28,943 nt of DNA. Source: a virus (Duplodnaviria > Heunggongvirae > Uroviricota > Caudoviricetes). A model generated the notes under the pieces. It was not told where the DNA came from. It was given only the letters and a program-made list of their open reading frames with translations, and did no database searches. Made by a program: the position numbers and the translations under genes. Shown here piece by piece: positions 7,342 to 16,119 of the stretch (positions within the stretch are counted from its first letter, which is position 1; every line of letters begins with the position of its first letter). The DNA lies in IMG/VR virus record IMGVR_UViG_3300043172_000799, positions 1-28,943 of that record. One strand, 5' to 3'.

Positions 7342-7370
7342 ATATTACTCCTAATCTTCAATCTAAATAC

Positions 7371-7399
7371 AGCATAACATATATGGATGGGTTTGTCAA
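7371..7399 (-). promoter_or_regulatory. sigma70 promoter (near-duplicate of 7930-7958)
   Basis: TTGACA-aacccatccatatatgt-TATGCT. Confidence 0.8.
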
Positions 7400-7406
7400 G
7401 AGAAAG

Positions 7407-7682
7407 TTAACATTCCTCACAAGCGATTTCTCTTTCATAACCAAAGATGGGAGAATTGAAAATAATTGTACCAGCATCTTTACATATGGGGCATTTAGGA
7501 TGAGAGCCATCTATGAGCCTCCAACCATTTACATTACTGATGATAGTTCTATCAATCCCCTTCCTATATTCCCCAAAAGAATATCTTCCTTCTATTTCTC
7601 CATATCCGTCATAAATAATAATCATCTCATCTTCATTAGGAATATTATCTGGATGGTAATACTTTTCATTTTCTTTTTTCAT
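7407..7682 (-). CDS. hypothetical protein with CPIC...CEEC zinc motif
   Basis: 91 aa; ATGA overlap. Confidence 0.75.
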   Translation of the reverse strand: MKKENEKYYHPDNIPNEDEMIIIYDGYGEIEGRYSFGEYRKGIDRTIISNVNGWRLIDGSHPKCPICKDAGTIIFNSPIFGYEREIACEEC

Positions 7683-7900
7683 ATTGAATATTCCTCTAGC
7701 ACTTCACAAATAGCAATTTTGTCATTCTTTATTACAACTCTTGATTCTCTTATATAATCAATAGATCCTTGTAATATATGATCTGTAGCAGTGTATTCTT
7801 CACGTTTCCCTATCATTGCTTCAAAAACAACTCTTACAGAGTCATAATCCCTTAGACAATAATGATCTCTAACTAATTTTTCTACATTTTTATTGGTCAC
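7679..7900 (-). CDS. hypothetical protein
   Basis: 73 aa; GTG start with GAGGAG RBS. Confidence 0.7.
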   Translation of the reverse strand: MTNKNVEKLVRDHYCLRDYDSVRVVFEAMIGKREEYTATDHILQGSIDYIRESRVVIKNDKIAICEVLEEYSI

Positions 7901-7929
7901 TGAATACTCCTCATTAACAATCTAAATAA

Positions 7930-7958
7930 AGCATAGCACGTGTGGATGGGTTTGTCAA
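7930..7958 (-). promoter_or_regulatory. sigma70 promoter
   Basis: TTGACA-aacccatccacacgtgc-TATGCT. Confidence 0.8.
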
Positions 7959-7966
7959 GAGAAATA

Positions 7967-8899
7967 TTAGTAAAGCTGGAGGTCCTTCTTCATATAGATT
8001 AATTCTTCTGGGTATTTTAGGAAGTACTCGTCTGGATCAAGTGCTTCATCAAACTCTAGTATCTCACAGTTCTTGCCTACAGATTCTAGTATTACTCCTG
8101 CTTCCCTAGCGTGTCTTTGTGCCTCACTCTCACCAGAATCAAAGAGGAAGAAGATATTTTCAAATCTATCTGCCAGCATGATAATTTGCTCCATCGTTAT
8201 CTCTGTTCCGTATGATCCAATAAAACCATCTCCGCACCTCCACACATCAGGGCCCCCACCCTCAACTACTACTACATTTTTTCCCTTGACATTGTCTATA
8301 CCATAAAATGAATTTTTGTGAGGTAGTACCTCCTTACTTCCCTCACAGGAAATATACCTTGGCTCTACTCCCTTTACGTACGAACGGGCTGTGTATGAGA
8401 TGTCCTTATTACGGAGTCTTATGGGTATAACAATACGATATGGTACACGTGACTCATACGTGGTTGATTTTAGATTATATTTGCTCCAGATGTATTTGGA
8501 ATCATAGCCTCTATCTTCCAAATATGTTTTAGCTGGTTTAATTAGCTTGGTTGTCCCTGGAATTTCTATTTTTAAAGGTCTGGTAGTTTCCAGCTCTTGA
8601 GTTCTTCCTCTGGAAAAACCCCCAGAATTATCTCCATATTTTTTGTATATTTTTTTAAGACCATCATAGTCTGTTACACCAGTTACAACCTTTACAAAGG
8701 AATAGAAATCATTGACATGACAAATGTAGCATGCAGTGGCAGTATAACTTCTAGATACAGCCATGTATGGTCTTCCATCGCCTGTAGCTCCACAGTGGAT
8801 ACATGTTTCAATTCCAGCATAGTCTTTTGTTAGGATGCTATGGTGATCTATGTATGGGAAATTGTAATCTTCCATCATCTGTATACTATCAAAATTCAA
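7967..8899 (-). CDS. DNA primase (zinc finger + Toprim, DnaG-like)
   Basis: CIHC...CYIC zinc finger, YLEDRG, RIVIP, AR...PRY, VVVEG..D, FLFD, DPDE. TTG start at 8899 follows AAGGAG; the ORF-track start at 9055 lies inside the upstream gene. Confidence 0.88.
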   Translation of the reverse strand: MNFDSIQMMEDYNFPYIDHHSILTKDYAGIETCIHCGATGDGRPYMAVSRSYTATACYICHVNDFYSFVKVVTGVTDYDGLKKIYKKYGDNSGGFSRGRTQELETTRPLKIEIPGTTKLIKPAKTYLEDRGYDSKYIWSKYNLKSTTYESRVPYRIVIPIRLRNKDISYTARSYVKGVEPRYISCEGSKEVLPHKNSFYGIDNVKGKNVVVVEGGGPDVWRCGDGFIGSYGTEITMEQIIMLADRFENIFFLFDSGESEAQRHAREAGVILESVGKNCEILEFDEALDPDEYFLKYPEELIYMKKDLQLY

Positions 8900-9596
8900 T
8901 GTGTTTCTCCTTTCTGCTACCTTTACTAAGATTATTTTGCCATAGCATTGGTTGTAAGTTAGTATAGTGGAAGCATTGCTTCTGCTGTTCTGTATCAGCC
9001 AGATCAAATGACGCACATGGATTGATATGATCCATGTGCCAACCATAAAAACCATAGTTATCCCATGTCATACCATCAATCCATAGACTTTCAAGGTATT
9101 CTCCCAATTCCGATGGAGAGCATCCTATCAAATCCATTGTACAGTGATACTTTTTGGCATTCTGATTTTTTAATGCTTTGGAAACTCTACTTCTAAGACT
9201 TTCTTCCAATCTAAATAGGGGATCATTTTTTCTTTTCTCCCTACGAGCGGTTCGTATTTTATCTTTATTTCCATTCCTATAATTTTTCTGGGTTTCTTTT
9301 CTTTTTTCTGGATTTTTCTTTCTATATTCTTTTGATCTTAATATTTCCATATTTTGATTTAAGTGATATAAATCTCTATTCTTACTTGCTATTTCTTCTC
9401 TATTTTTTTCTCGGTATTCTTTTTGTCGTTCTATTTCTTTATTTCTATTTAGTAGATAATTCCCATGACTGCACACCTTACATGTTGGTTTATGTCCTGA
9501 AGAAGAACTTTTATCTTTACCAAATTCCTCCCACTCCTTAAATTCACCACACCCACTACACTCTCTGCCAGTATCATTTATCAGGTACTTCCCCAT
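8889..9596 (-). CDS. HNH-type homing endonuclease with N-terminal zinc finger
   Basis: GRECSGC...CKVC, helical linker, then WHMDHINPCASFDL...CFHYTNLQPML...NLSKG. Confidence 0.85.
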   Translation of the reverse strand: MGKYLINDTGRECSGCGEFKEWEEFGKDKSSSSGHKPTCKVCSHGNYLLNRNKEIERQKEYREKNREEIASKNRDLYHLNQNMEILRSKEYRKKNPEKRKETQKNYRNGNKDKIRTARREKRKNDPLFRLEESLRSRVSKALKNQNAKKYHCTMDLIGCSPSELGEYLESLWIDGMTWDNYGFYGWHMDHINPCASFDLADTEQQKQCFHYTNLQPMLWQNNLSKGSRKEKHIEF

Positions 9597-9750
9597 TATC
9601 AAGCCTCCCTAGCCAGTAGGCATCTTTAATTAAATCTCCGATGACGAAGTTCAATCTGGAAAGTACTTCTGATCCTATCTCCAATGACTCTGCCATAAGA
9701 GATTCAATCCTTTCTATCTTCTTCTCTATTAAATATTCTGATGTTTTCAT
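9574..9750 (-). CDS. small hypothetical protein (58 aa, not in the ORF track)
   Basis: MKTSEYLIEKKIERIE...VPDK*; GGAGG RBS. Confidence 0.65.
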   Translation of the reverse strand: MKTSEYLIEKKIERIESLMAESLEIGSEVLSRLNFVIGDLIKDAYWLGRLDNGEVPDK

Positions 9751-9906
9751 TGTTCCTCCTATAACTGTATTGCAATTGCCGTGCCAACTTTTAAACCAAT
9801 ATAGAGCACTTAGGTGAGCCTAATTAATGTAGTTGTGTAAAACTTACCCACTTTGATAAAATAGTAGTAAATACTGGGTCATTATATCTCATTTACTGGG
9901 GAACAA

Positions 9907-10308
9907 CTAAATTAGTGGGCCATTAAATACTTTCTCCTGCAAAGGGAATATAAACTCAAACCCTATTAAATCCTCTATAATATAATCTGTATTTGGTTTA
10001 GGATCGTGGTATACTTCAATAGATTTTTCACCATATTTCAAAATGACAGCATGGTCATAAGATCTTTCTTGTTTATGCATAACTCCAATACAATATCCGA
10101 CCGAAGACATTCTCATGGGGATATTTCGGGGATTAAGGTCTATATAAAAGAATTGTAAACCTTTTCCTAATAACCATGAAGAGTAAGCAGAACTAAACCC
10201 TTCTTCCGCTCCATAAAATAAAGGTACTTCTTCATATGGGATATCAAGAAGAATCGACAAGCAAGTATTCATGCAGTCTTTAGATCCCTGCATCATTAGC
10301 TTCTTCAT
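9907..10308 (-). CDS. papain-fold (C39-like) peptidase-like protein
   Basis: Q...DC near the N-terminus, HAVI and YHDP give a Cys-His-Asp pattern. Confidence 0.55.
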   Translation of the reverse strand: MKKLMMQGSKDCMNTCLSILLDIPYEEVPLFYGAEEGFSSAYSSWLLGKGLQFFYIDLNPRNIPMRMSSVGYCIGVMHKQERSYDHAVILKYGEKSIEVYHDPKPNTDYIIEDLIGFEFIFPLQEKVFNGPLI

Positions 10309-10625
10309 GTATGTCTCCTCCCATGTCCAATCTTATATCTCTCATCTACTTTATCATCACAATAAGTTTCTGGATCATAGTTTTCATAATCATAAGAAAT
10401 AGCTTCACAACATTTTTCACAAACTCTATAAGTTTCAATCTGCCCCTCAAAAATATCTTTTTGCATTCTTGATCGTTCACCCTTTAAAATCTTTCCTTCA
10501 CAAATATGGCATGGTTTTTCATGGTCTTTATTGGTTTTAACCATTTTATTTTCAAGAGTTATGGTGTCTAGTTCTCCAAAATCACCTTCAAATAAATCAT
10601 GGGATAAAACTATTCTCTCATTCAT
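10305..10625 (-). CDS. hypothetical zinc-finger protein
   Basis: CHIC...CEKC; start placed at ATG 10625 (TAATG overlap, GAGGAG RBS). Confidence 0.75.
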   Translation of the reverse strand: MNERIVLSHDLFEGDFGELDTITLENKMVKTNKDHEKPCHICEGKILKGERSRMQKDIFEGQIETYRVCEKCCEAISYDYENYDPETYCDDKVDERYKIGHGRRHT

Positions 10626-10842
10626 TACACACTCCTCACACCATTCCACACTTTTGTAGCTTCCTCGATGCATTTTTCTTCAGTCTCATGCACAAATAAA
10701 CTAAAAGATCTAGTTCTCATACCACATTCACATACAATATAGTAGTTTGAGATGTAACAGTTGCCATCTTGATCCCTTCCTTTTTCACTCTTTGGAGTTT
10801 TGCCACATCTACACTTAGTTAAAACTATTCTCTCATTCATTA
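10605..10842. repeat. 23-bp direct repeat pair (10605-10627 and 10820-10842) flanking the Lar-like gene
   Basis: taaaactattctctcattcatta occurs twice; on the minus strand it encodes the identical start MNERIVL of two consecutive genes. Confidence 0.9.
10625..10840 (-). CDS. Lar-family (restriction alleviation)-like zinc-finger protein
   Basis: C.CG...YYIVC.CG.RT...EEA...WN pattern typical of Lar-like proteins. Confidence 0.6.
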   Translation of the reverse strand: MNERIVLTKCRCGKTPKSEKGRDQDGNCYISNYYIVCECGMRTRSFSLFVHETEEKCIEEATKVWNGVRSV

Positions 10843-11015
10843 ATCAACCCTCCGTACAAATAACTCCTCTGACAAGTAAAGCACCACTCACCACTACCCA
10901 TACAACTTGGGTTTTCTGTTTGACACTCTATTACTCTACCCTCTAGGAGCTCTCTTATCTCTCTCCGTCTTTTAGCTCTTGCTTTCCGCAGTGCTAATTG
11001 GTGTCCTTTTACCAT
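10833..11015 (-). CDS. hypothetical basic, Cys-containing protein
   Basis: 60 aa; GGAGG RBS. Confidence 0.7.
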   Translation of the reverse strand: MVKGHQLALRKARAKRRREIRELLEGRVIECQTENPSCMGSGEWCFTCQRSYLYGGLINE

Positions 11016-11024
11016 TCTATCCTC

Positions 11025-11240
11025 CTACCAAAACTTTATCTCATGTGAATTATCTTCTGTCTTGCCAAATGATTTAAATAATTTTTCCAAATCAATATCA
11101 GCTCCCTCATGATTATTCTCCAAATACCTCTGGGCTGTTTCAATGAATTTCTCTTTATCCATACTGATCTCCTCAGCCACTTCCTCCATATACTCTCTTA
11201 CATCTTTGTATATAAGTCTATCTTTTCTCATACTCATCAT
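11025..11240 (-). CDS. hypothetical protein
   Basis: Start placed at ATG 11240 after AAGGAG. Confidence 0.7.
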   Translation of the reverse strand: MMSMRKDRLIYKDVREYMEEVAEEISMDKEKFIETAQRYLENNHEGADIDLEKLFKSFGKTEDNSHEIKFW

Positions 11241-11844
11241 ATTTCTCCTTAAGATCATCAAAGTACCCACTACCAGAAGGATTCCATTCTCCAAGCATAA
11301 GTCTTTTAAACTCTGCTTCATTATATGGATTCCTCAAATTTTGCACATAATCTACATCATGTTTTAGGTATATTACCTCCGATGCATCTTTCAAGTAGGA
11401 ATAATCAGGTTTGCTCATAGGTTGTACTAGTGGATTCTCCCATGAGGTATTATTTCTATAATGTTCTATACTTACATGAAATACACCTTCGCTTATTTCA
11501 TATTCTAATAAAGTATGATCTTCATAAACTAAAAAATCCCCTCTTCCACAAAACTCTGATGTGGTATGGTATAGCATAATGTCTAATGGGCGTTTCAACT
11601 CTCTAAATTTAATAACGACACCATTAAAAAATCTGATTTCCATTTCTAGTCTGCAAAAGGAACATACATATTTTGCTTCCGTATCAATAAACATTCTAAT
11701 GGACATATCCATGCAATATTTGGTAATGAATTGGTGTGGTGAAAAGAAGTAAATAAGCTTAAATTTTGGATCTATGAAATCCTGAATTACCCTTGAGAAC
11801 ATGTTATATAATTCTCTATATGTTCTTCCTGATCCTCTCACCAT
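11218..11844 (-). CDS. hypothetical protein resembling a degenerate terminase ATPase domain
   Basis: N-terminal RGSGRT (Walker A-like); FFNGVVIKF; C-terminal W.NP...DYVQNL...Y....FKRLMLGEW. Confidence 0.5.
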   Translation of the reverse strand: MVRGSGRTYRELYNMFSRVIQDFIDPKFKLIYFFSPHQFITKYCMDMSIRMFIDTEAKYVCSFCRLEMEIRFFNGVVIKFRELKRPLDIMLYHTTSEFCGRGDFLVYEDHTLLEYEISEGVFHVSIEHYRNNTSWENPLVQPMSKPDYSYLKDASEVIYLKHDVDYVQNLRNPYNEAEFKRLMLGEWNPSGSGYFDDLKEKYDEYEKR

Positions 11845-12056
11845 TCCCTCCCAACTTTCTTCACTCTTTCCTTGTATTCAGTGATTTCTACTCTACAAGC
11901 ATAAACCAAACTCCTAATCTGGGCATAACTATCTTCAGCAGATATATTCTCTGTTTCATGGTTGTCATCATTAGCACAGACATGCATTATTGTATTCATA
12001 TATCCTATTTTAATCTGCATCACATGCTGTTGATTAAATCTTTCTTTTTTACTCAT
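11838..12056 (-). CDS. hypothetical protein
   Basis: 72 aa; ATGA overlap. Confidence 0.7.
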   Translation of the reverse strand: MSKKERFNQQHVMQIKIGYMNTIMHVCANDDNHETENISAEDSYAQIRSLVYACRVEITEYKERVKKVGREW

Positions 12057-12382
12057 TTTAATTCCTTGTACTTCTTATTTTTATCTATCCTTACTCCTGT
12101 TGCATCTACTACAAATTCTTTGTCTTTATTATCCACTACCCAGAATATACCTGAAATTGTGTAATATATAATAAATCCTATTGCTGTGGCATTGCCAAAC
12201 ATAATAAGTATACCAAGTATAGTATTACCTAGATCCCACAAAAAAATATGTTGAACCAACATATAAATTGCAATGGGAATACACATAATACTCCAGACTA
12301 CCCATGAAAATTTCACTAATTTAACAAGAGATGACAGTGCCTTATATGGGCTGAATGCCAATCTAAATCCTGTAAATTTCAT
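12053..12382 (-). CDS. two-TM membrane protein
   Basis: Two hydrophobic helices; ATGA overlap. Confidence 0.75.
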   Translation of the reverse strand: MKFTGFRLAFSPYKALSSLVKLVKFSWVVWSIMCIPIAIYMLVQHIFLWDLGNTILGILIMFGNATAIGFIIYYTISGIFWVVDNKDKEFVVDATGVRIDKNKKYKELK

Positions 12383-13233
12383 AACTCCTCCCTCAACTTT
12401 TTCAATCTAGAAACAAACTCTTTCTCAGTTAAGATAGTTCTATGTGGATCATTCTTTCCCATAGAATGAGTTAATGTGGCATTCTGAGATGCCTTCAAAG
12501 CTTTTCTAAATGATTCACTATCCCTAAACATACATTTGTATGCCTTGGTAATCAAGTCCTGATATTCTTTTGAATGACGGTCAATTTCTTTTCCCTTCCA
12601 GAACAATATTTGCTTAGTATACCACTTTTTCTTTTTGCCTTTAAACTTTGCACCCTTTCCAATGAGAGTGCAGACATACTCCTGCATATCTACCCCAGAG
12701 AATTTCAATGATTGAAGAAACCCTTCCATTGAATTACATTGAATTCCATCTATTTCAAATCTATGTCCTGCGAAATTAGATAATGCAGAAGATGGGTATC
12801 CCTTACCAGATCCTATATCCATAATATGCTCTCCTTCATCATACAATATTTCTAATCCATGTTCAATAGCTTTTCTCCACATATGCTCTGTACCACTACC
12901 ACCTTCAAATAAGATGATTGCATCTGCATAGATTGCCATCTGTTCATTTCTATTGAACCCTGCCAGTTTGTTATACTTCTTCCTATATCTGTTAGTCCCA
13001 ATTACACAAGGTGTGACATCCAGATTATCCCAATCAGCAGGGAATAATTTAATGTGTCTCTTGACATCATCCCCCCAATTCTCATCTGTCCATACTTCTC
13101 CGAAGGTGTCTGCTCCAGAAGCACATCCAGATACTACTTCAGTGAAATGATATTTTTCATGGAGTTCATAAAGAAGATCAAAATCCTCATCACAAGCTGA
13201 GAAATCTCTTCCTCCGGCAATTATTACTTTCAT
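12379..13233 (-). CDS. SLOG (YspA/DUF2493-like) + NADAR (T4 gp30.3-like) fusion protein
   Basis: N-half: VIIAGGRDF, VVSGCASGAD, FPADW, AG..RN.QM, GGSGT.HM. C-half: MDIGSG.GYPSSALSNF..H.F.IDG..C.SMEGFLQSLKF...LTHSMGK.....TILTE.EF..RL. Confidence 0.8.
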   Translation of the reverse strand: MKVIIAGGRDFSACDEDFDLLYELHEKYHFTEVVSGCASGADTFGEVWTDENWGDDVKRHIKLFPADWDNLDVTPCVIGTNRYRKKYNKLAGFNRNEQMAIYADAIILFEGGSGTEHMWRKAIEHGLEILYDEGEHIMDIGSGKGYPSSALSNFAGHRFEIDGIQCNSMEGFLQSLKFSGVDMQEYVCTLIGKGAKFKGKKKKWYTKQILFWKGKEIDRHSKEYQDLITKAYKCMFRDSESFRKALKASQNATLTHSMGKNDPHRTILTEKEFVSRLKKLREEL

Positions 13234-13234
13234 A

Positions 13235-13402
13235 TTATTCCTCCTCTATTAGGATAGTCTTATAAATGGCATCACAAGAAGCACATCCTACTGTACTGCC
13301 TATACCACTTCTGAAGAAACTATCACACCCACATTCTTCACATTGGAATCTTTCGTTACCATCATAAAATGTAAGTGTGACTTCCATTCGGTTGAACTTC
13401 AT
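13235..13402 (-). CDS. small zinc-ribbon protein (55 aa, not in the ORF track)
   Basis: FQCEECGC...GCASC. Confidence 0.65.
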   Translation of the reverse strand: MKFNRMEVTLTFYDGNERFQCEECGCDSFFRSGIGSTVGCASCDAIYKTILIEEE

Positions 13403-13406
13403 CTGT

Positions 13407-13697
13407 CTAAGCATATTTTCTCCTTAGTAACTTAACTACTATTTTAGCAAACTTCCCTCTAACACAATACCCATTTTTAAATTGTACATAAGCTTCTCTA
13501 TCAGCTCCATGACCACAACATGCATTGATTACATATGGTAAAGTATCTAAACAACCATCATGCCCATCTTTTGTGTTCTCTTTTCCACAATGCCCACATG
13601 CTATATTCTTATCAGAAGAAACTAATTCTTTTGTATCACAGTAAAACCAATCACCCCCAATTAGTTCTATAGGATGTCCACGATATTTGTCTTCCAT
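13407..13697 (-). CDS. conserved-looking Cys/His-rich phage protein
   Basis: CGHCG...GHDGCL.TLP.V.NACCGHG. Confidence 0.8.
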   Translation of the reverse strand: MEDKYRGHPIELIGGDWFYCDTKELVSSDKNIACGHCGKENTKDGHDGCLDTLPYVINACCGHGADREAYVQFKNGYCVRGKFAKIVVKLLRRKYA

Positions 13698-13985
13698 TTA
13701 ATTCTCTTCACACCACTCATCAAAACCCATACCATTAAAATCATCATACCAGTCTGACCAATATTCACCCTTATCATCAGGATCAAGTGAAGTGTCCCAT
13801 ACCCTTAATCCACCCACATTACAATAATCAGGTTTGATATTATTCTCGAATTGGAATAGATCATAATTGGCTAATACATTTACTAATAGTTTAGCCTCTT
13901 GTAAATTATATACATTTACTGTAAACATTTTCATAGGTACTTGAGGTATCCACCATACTTGTAATTGTCCATCTTTAATTTCCAT
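13698..13985 (-). CDS. P22 gp17-like (superinfection exclusion / anti-abortive infection) protein
   Basis: LQVWWIPQVPMK.F.V.V....EA......LA.YDLFQFENNIKPDYCNVGGL, recognised as the gp17 family pattern. Confidence 0.75.
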   Translation of the reverse strand: MEIKDGQLQVWWIPQVPMKMFTVNVYNLQEAKLLVNVLANYDLFQFENNIKPDYCNVGGLRVWDTSLDPDDKGEYWSDWYDDFNGMGFDEWCEEN

Positions 13986-13998
13986 TTATTCCTTCCTC

Positions 13999-14397
13999 CT
14001 AATTATCAATTTCTCCATATAGCTTCTGCAACGGTGTAGCCATATCACTAAAGAATTTCTTTGTATCCCTCAATAAATGCACTGCATCATAGAATTCCTT
14101 CTCTGGAATCCATCTAATGAATCGGTATTCATATTGAATACACCAATGCCCAATTGTATTGTCTATGAATGTATCCTCATGATAGTTAATAAAATGTACA
14201 CTAGGTAATTGTGCATTATTCTGTCGATATACTACCATAGCATATTTTTTATCACTGTTTTCAATGGCATAATGTGTGGCATTTAAATGACATTTGTAGT
14301 TATAATGGATGTCCCCCGCAACCACATCAATAATTTCATATTGAGAATCACAATAATCTCTGACTTTATTTTCCCATCTTTTTGTAAAACCGTTCAT
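13999..14397 (-). CDS. hypothetical phage protein
   Basis: 132 aa, NYKCHLNA...VHFIN...DNTIG. Confidence 0.8.
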   Translation of the reverse strand: MNGFTKRWENKVRDYCDSQYEIIDVVAGDIHYNYKCHLNATHYAIENSDKKYAMVVYRQNNAQLPSVHFINYHEDTFIDNTIGHWCIQYEYRFIRWIPEKEFYDAVHLLRDTKKFFSDMATPLQKLYGEIDN

Positions 14398-14736
14398 TTA
14401 TTTTTCTCCTGTGATAAATGGATCAATAATGTTATCAACTGAAAACATATCATACATTAGATCATCAGCTTCTAGATTGTTTATCTCTTCAAAAGCTTCA
14501 CTCATTATTTTCAGTTCTCTTTTCAGATCATCAATGCATAGTTGCTTTGTTCCTCTCTCTGCTTGCAGGATCTCTATTTCTTTATCCTGCGAGAGTTCTA
14601 AAGCCAGCTCTTCAAAGAACTTAACAGATAAGTTTCTTTGAAATTTAGGTATATCATCACTACCCCATATGACTGAACTCCCATTGATAGCATTCCATTG
14701 AATCCATTCTCTCATTTTTCCTAATGTTGATTGCAT
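14398..14736 (-). CDS. hypothetical protein
   Basis: 112 aa, abutting both neighbours. Confidence 0.8.
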   Translation of the reverse strand: MQSTLGKMREWIQWNAINGSSVIWGSDDIPKFQRNLSVKFFEELALELSQDKEIEILQAERGTKQLCIDDLKRELKIMSEAFEEINNLEADDLMYDMFSVDNIIDPFITGEK

Positions 14737-15075
14737 TTAATACTCCTTTTTCCATCTACCGGGATGCTCTGTCTCAAATGGGAAGTATTTACAACAGCCC
14801 ATACACATAATAGTGTCCTCAAAATGACAGACACTACAATTCTCTTCACCATTAGCTTTATCTTGCCATGCTCTTACTAGTCTACGCAGTGAGTCAACTT
14901 CTTTATGATATCTACTAGCCAAACACTCTACACCATTATGGGTACTACCAGCTCTTTCCTTTGATACCCCATATAATTTAAGTACTGAAAATGTTCTTTC
15001 AATTGTTCTTTCTAGACTTTCTATAACATTATCTTTTCCTTTACTCTTTTCTTCTTCAGTTGGAAATATACTCAT
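14737..15075 (-). CDS. hypothetical protein with C-terminal Cys cluster
   Basis: 112 aa, abutting both neighbours. Confidence 0.8.
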   Translation of the reverse strand: MSIFPTEEEKSKGKDNVIESLERTIERTFSVLKLYGVSKERAGSTHNGVECLASRYHKEVDSLRRLVRAWQDKANGEENCSVCHFEDTIMCMGCCKYFPFETEHPGRWKKEY

Positions 15076-15348
15076 TTAAACCTCCTCATACAAATCAAGT
15101 AAATCTTTTGGTGTTTCAGTACAATAATTCTCATATTTATTACAGAAACTATTTATGTATGCCGTCACATCATCCACATAATCACAATCAGGATCATACC
15201 AATCAAAATCATCTATTCCTATAGAATGAAGAAAGGGACATCTTGTAGAATGAAAGACTAAATCATATTTATTTTCCCATGTCATTGATTCATCAACAAG
15301 CAGATCTTGAAGTGCTTCCATGTATTTAATCAATTTCGCTGTGTTCAC
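15076..15348 (-). CDS. hypothetical acidic protein
   Basis: 90 aa; GTG start with AAGGAG RBS. Confidence 0.75.
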   Translation of the reverse strand: MNTAKLIKYMEALQDLLVDESMTWENKYDLVFHSTRCPFLHSIGIDDFDWYDPDCDYVDDVTAYINSFCNKYENYCTETPKDLLDLYEEV

Positions 15349-15378
15349 TACTATCTCCTTCTGTATAATGTTTTTTTC

Positions 15379-15684
15379 TCACCATTTCTCCTCGTAAAAA
15401 TCTGTTAATGCAGAATTATCATGCATTCTAGCACATTCATTACAAATACCACCCATATAATCATCTACATCAAACGTACAGCCTGTACAAGACACTTCAC
15501 CTTTTGACTCATATTCTACAGTAAGTACTATTGGATCTACTAAATCACATGGGTTGCCAGACTCATCTTTACAGTCCTTATCATATCTACATTCCATGCA
15601 AACTAAGACCTTAATGGCAGATTTGATTCTATCATCTACTGTAAGTCCCATTTCTTCAGCTAGGGTACTTTTATATAGTATCAT
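15379..15684 (-). CDS. hypothetical Cys-rich protein
   Basis: 101 aa; AAGGAG RBS. Confidence 0.75.
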   Translation of the reverse strand: MILYKSTLAEEMGLTVDDRIKSAIKVLVCMECRYDKDCKDESGNPCDLVDPIVLTVEYESKGEVSCTGCTFDVDDYMGGICNECARMHDNSALTDFYEEKW

Positions 15685-15702
15685 ACTTTCTCCTTAAAAT
15701 TA

Positions 15703-16119
15703 TTACTCATCTAATTTCATCCTCATTCTCTCCACCATATCCTGAAAGTCCTGTGGATATTCAGATAGGTTATCTATAATAAGATAGTTAGTATAAATAT
15801 CCCCATCTCTAGAGCCATTGTAACGAAATGCACGTTCATTTTCAGCATCATAAAACATTAAAAATTTTAGAGAAACATCTTCTGTATCCCAGCACCATAT
15901 TAAGGCTTTATCTTCAATTGGCTTAACATATTCTGAGAATGTTTCAGGACAATCTACAATTGTTCTCCAATTAGTTATTCCTTCTGCACCAATGTCATCC
16001 CTGTATTGAAATGGATTACTACTATCAGTGATATAATGGATATGCATATCATTACTCCATTTACTGCTAGTGTACTTTTTCCCTTCTAACATTCCCTGTA
16101 TAATTTCTTTTGTTGTCAT
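15703..16119 (-). CDS. hypothetical protein
   Basis: 138 aa; ATGA overlap. Confidence 0.8.
   Translation of the reverse strand: MTTKEIIQGMLEGKKYTSSKWSNDMHIHYITDSSNPFQYRDDIGAEGITNWRTIVDCPETFSEYVKPIEDKALIWCWDTEDVSLKFLMFYDAENERAFRYNGSRDGDIYTNYLIIDNLSEYPQDFQDMVERMRMKLDE

Noticed and set aside
9760-9905. Possible decayed gene in the gap upstream of 9750
   Set aside because: All minus-strand frames contain stops and no family is recognisable, so it is too weak to call.
14398-15075. Two adjacent genes of identical length (339 nt)
   Set aside because: No sequence similarity between them; treated as coincidence.
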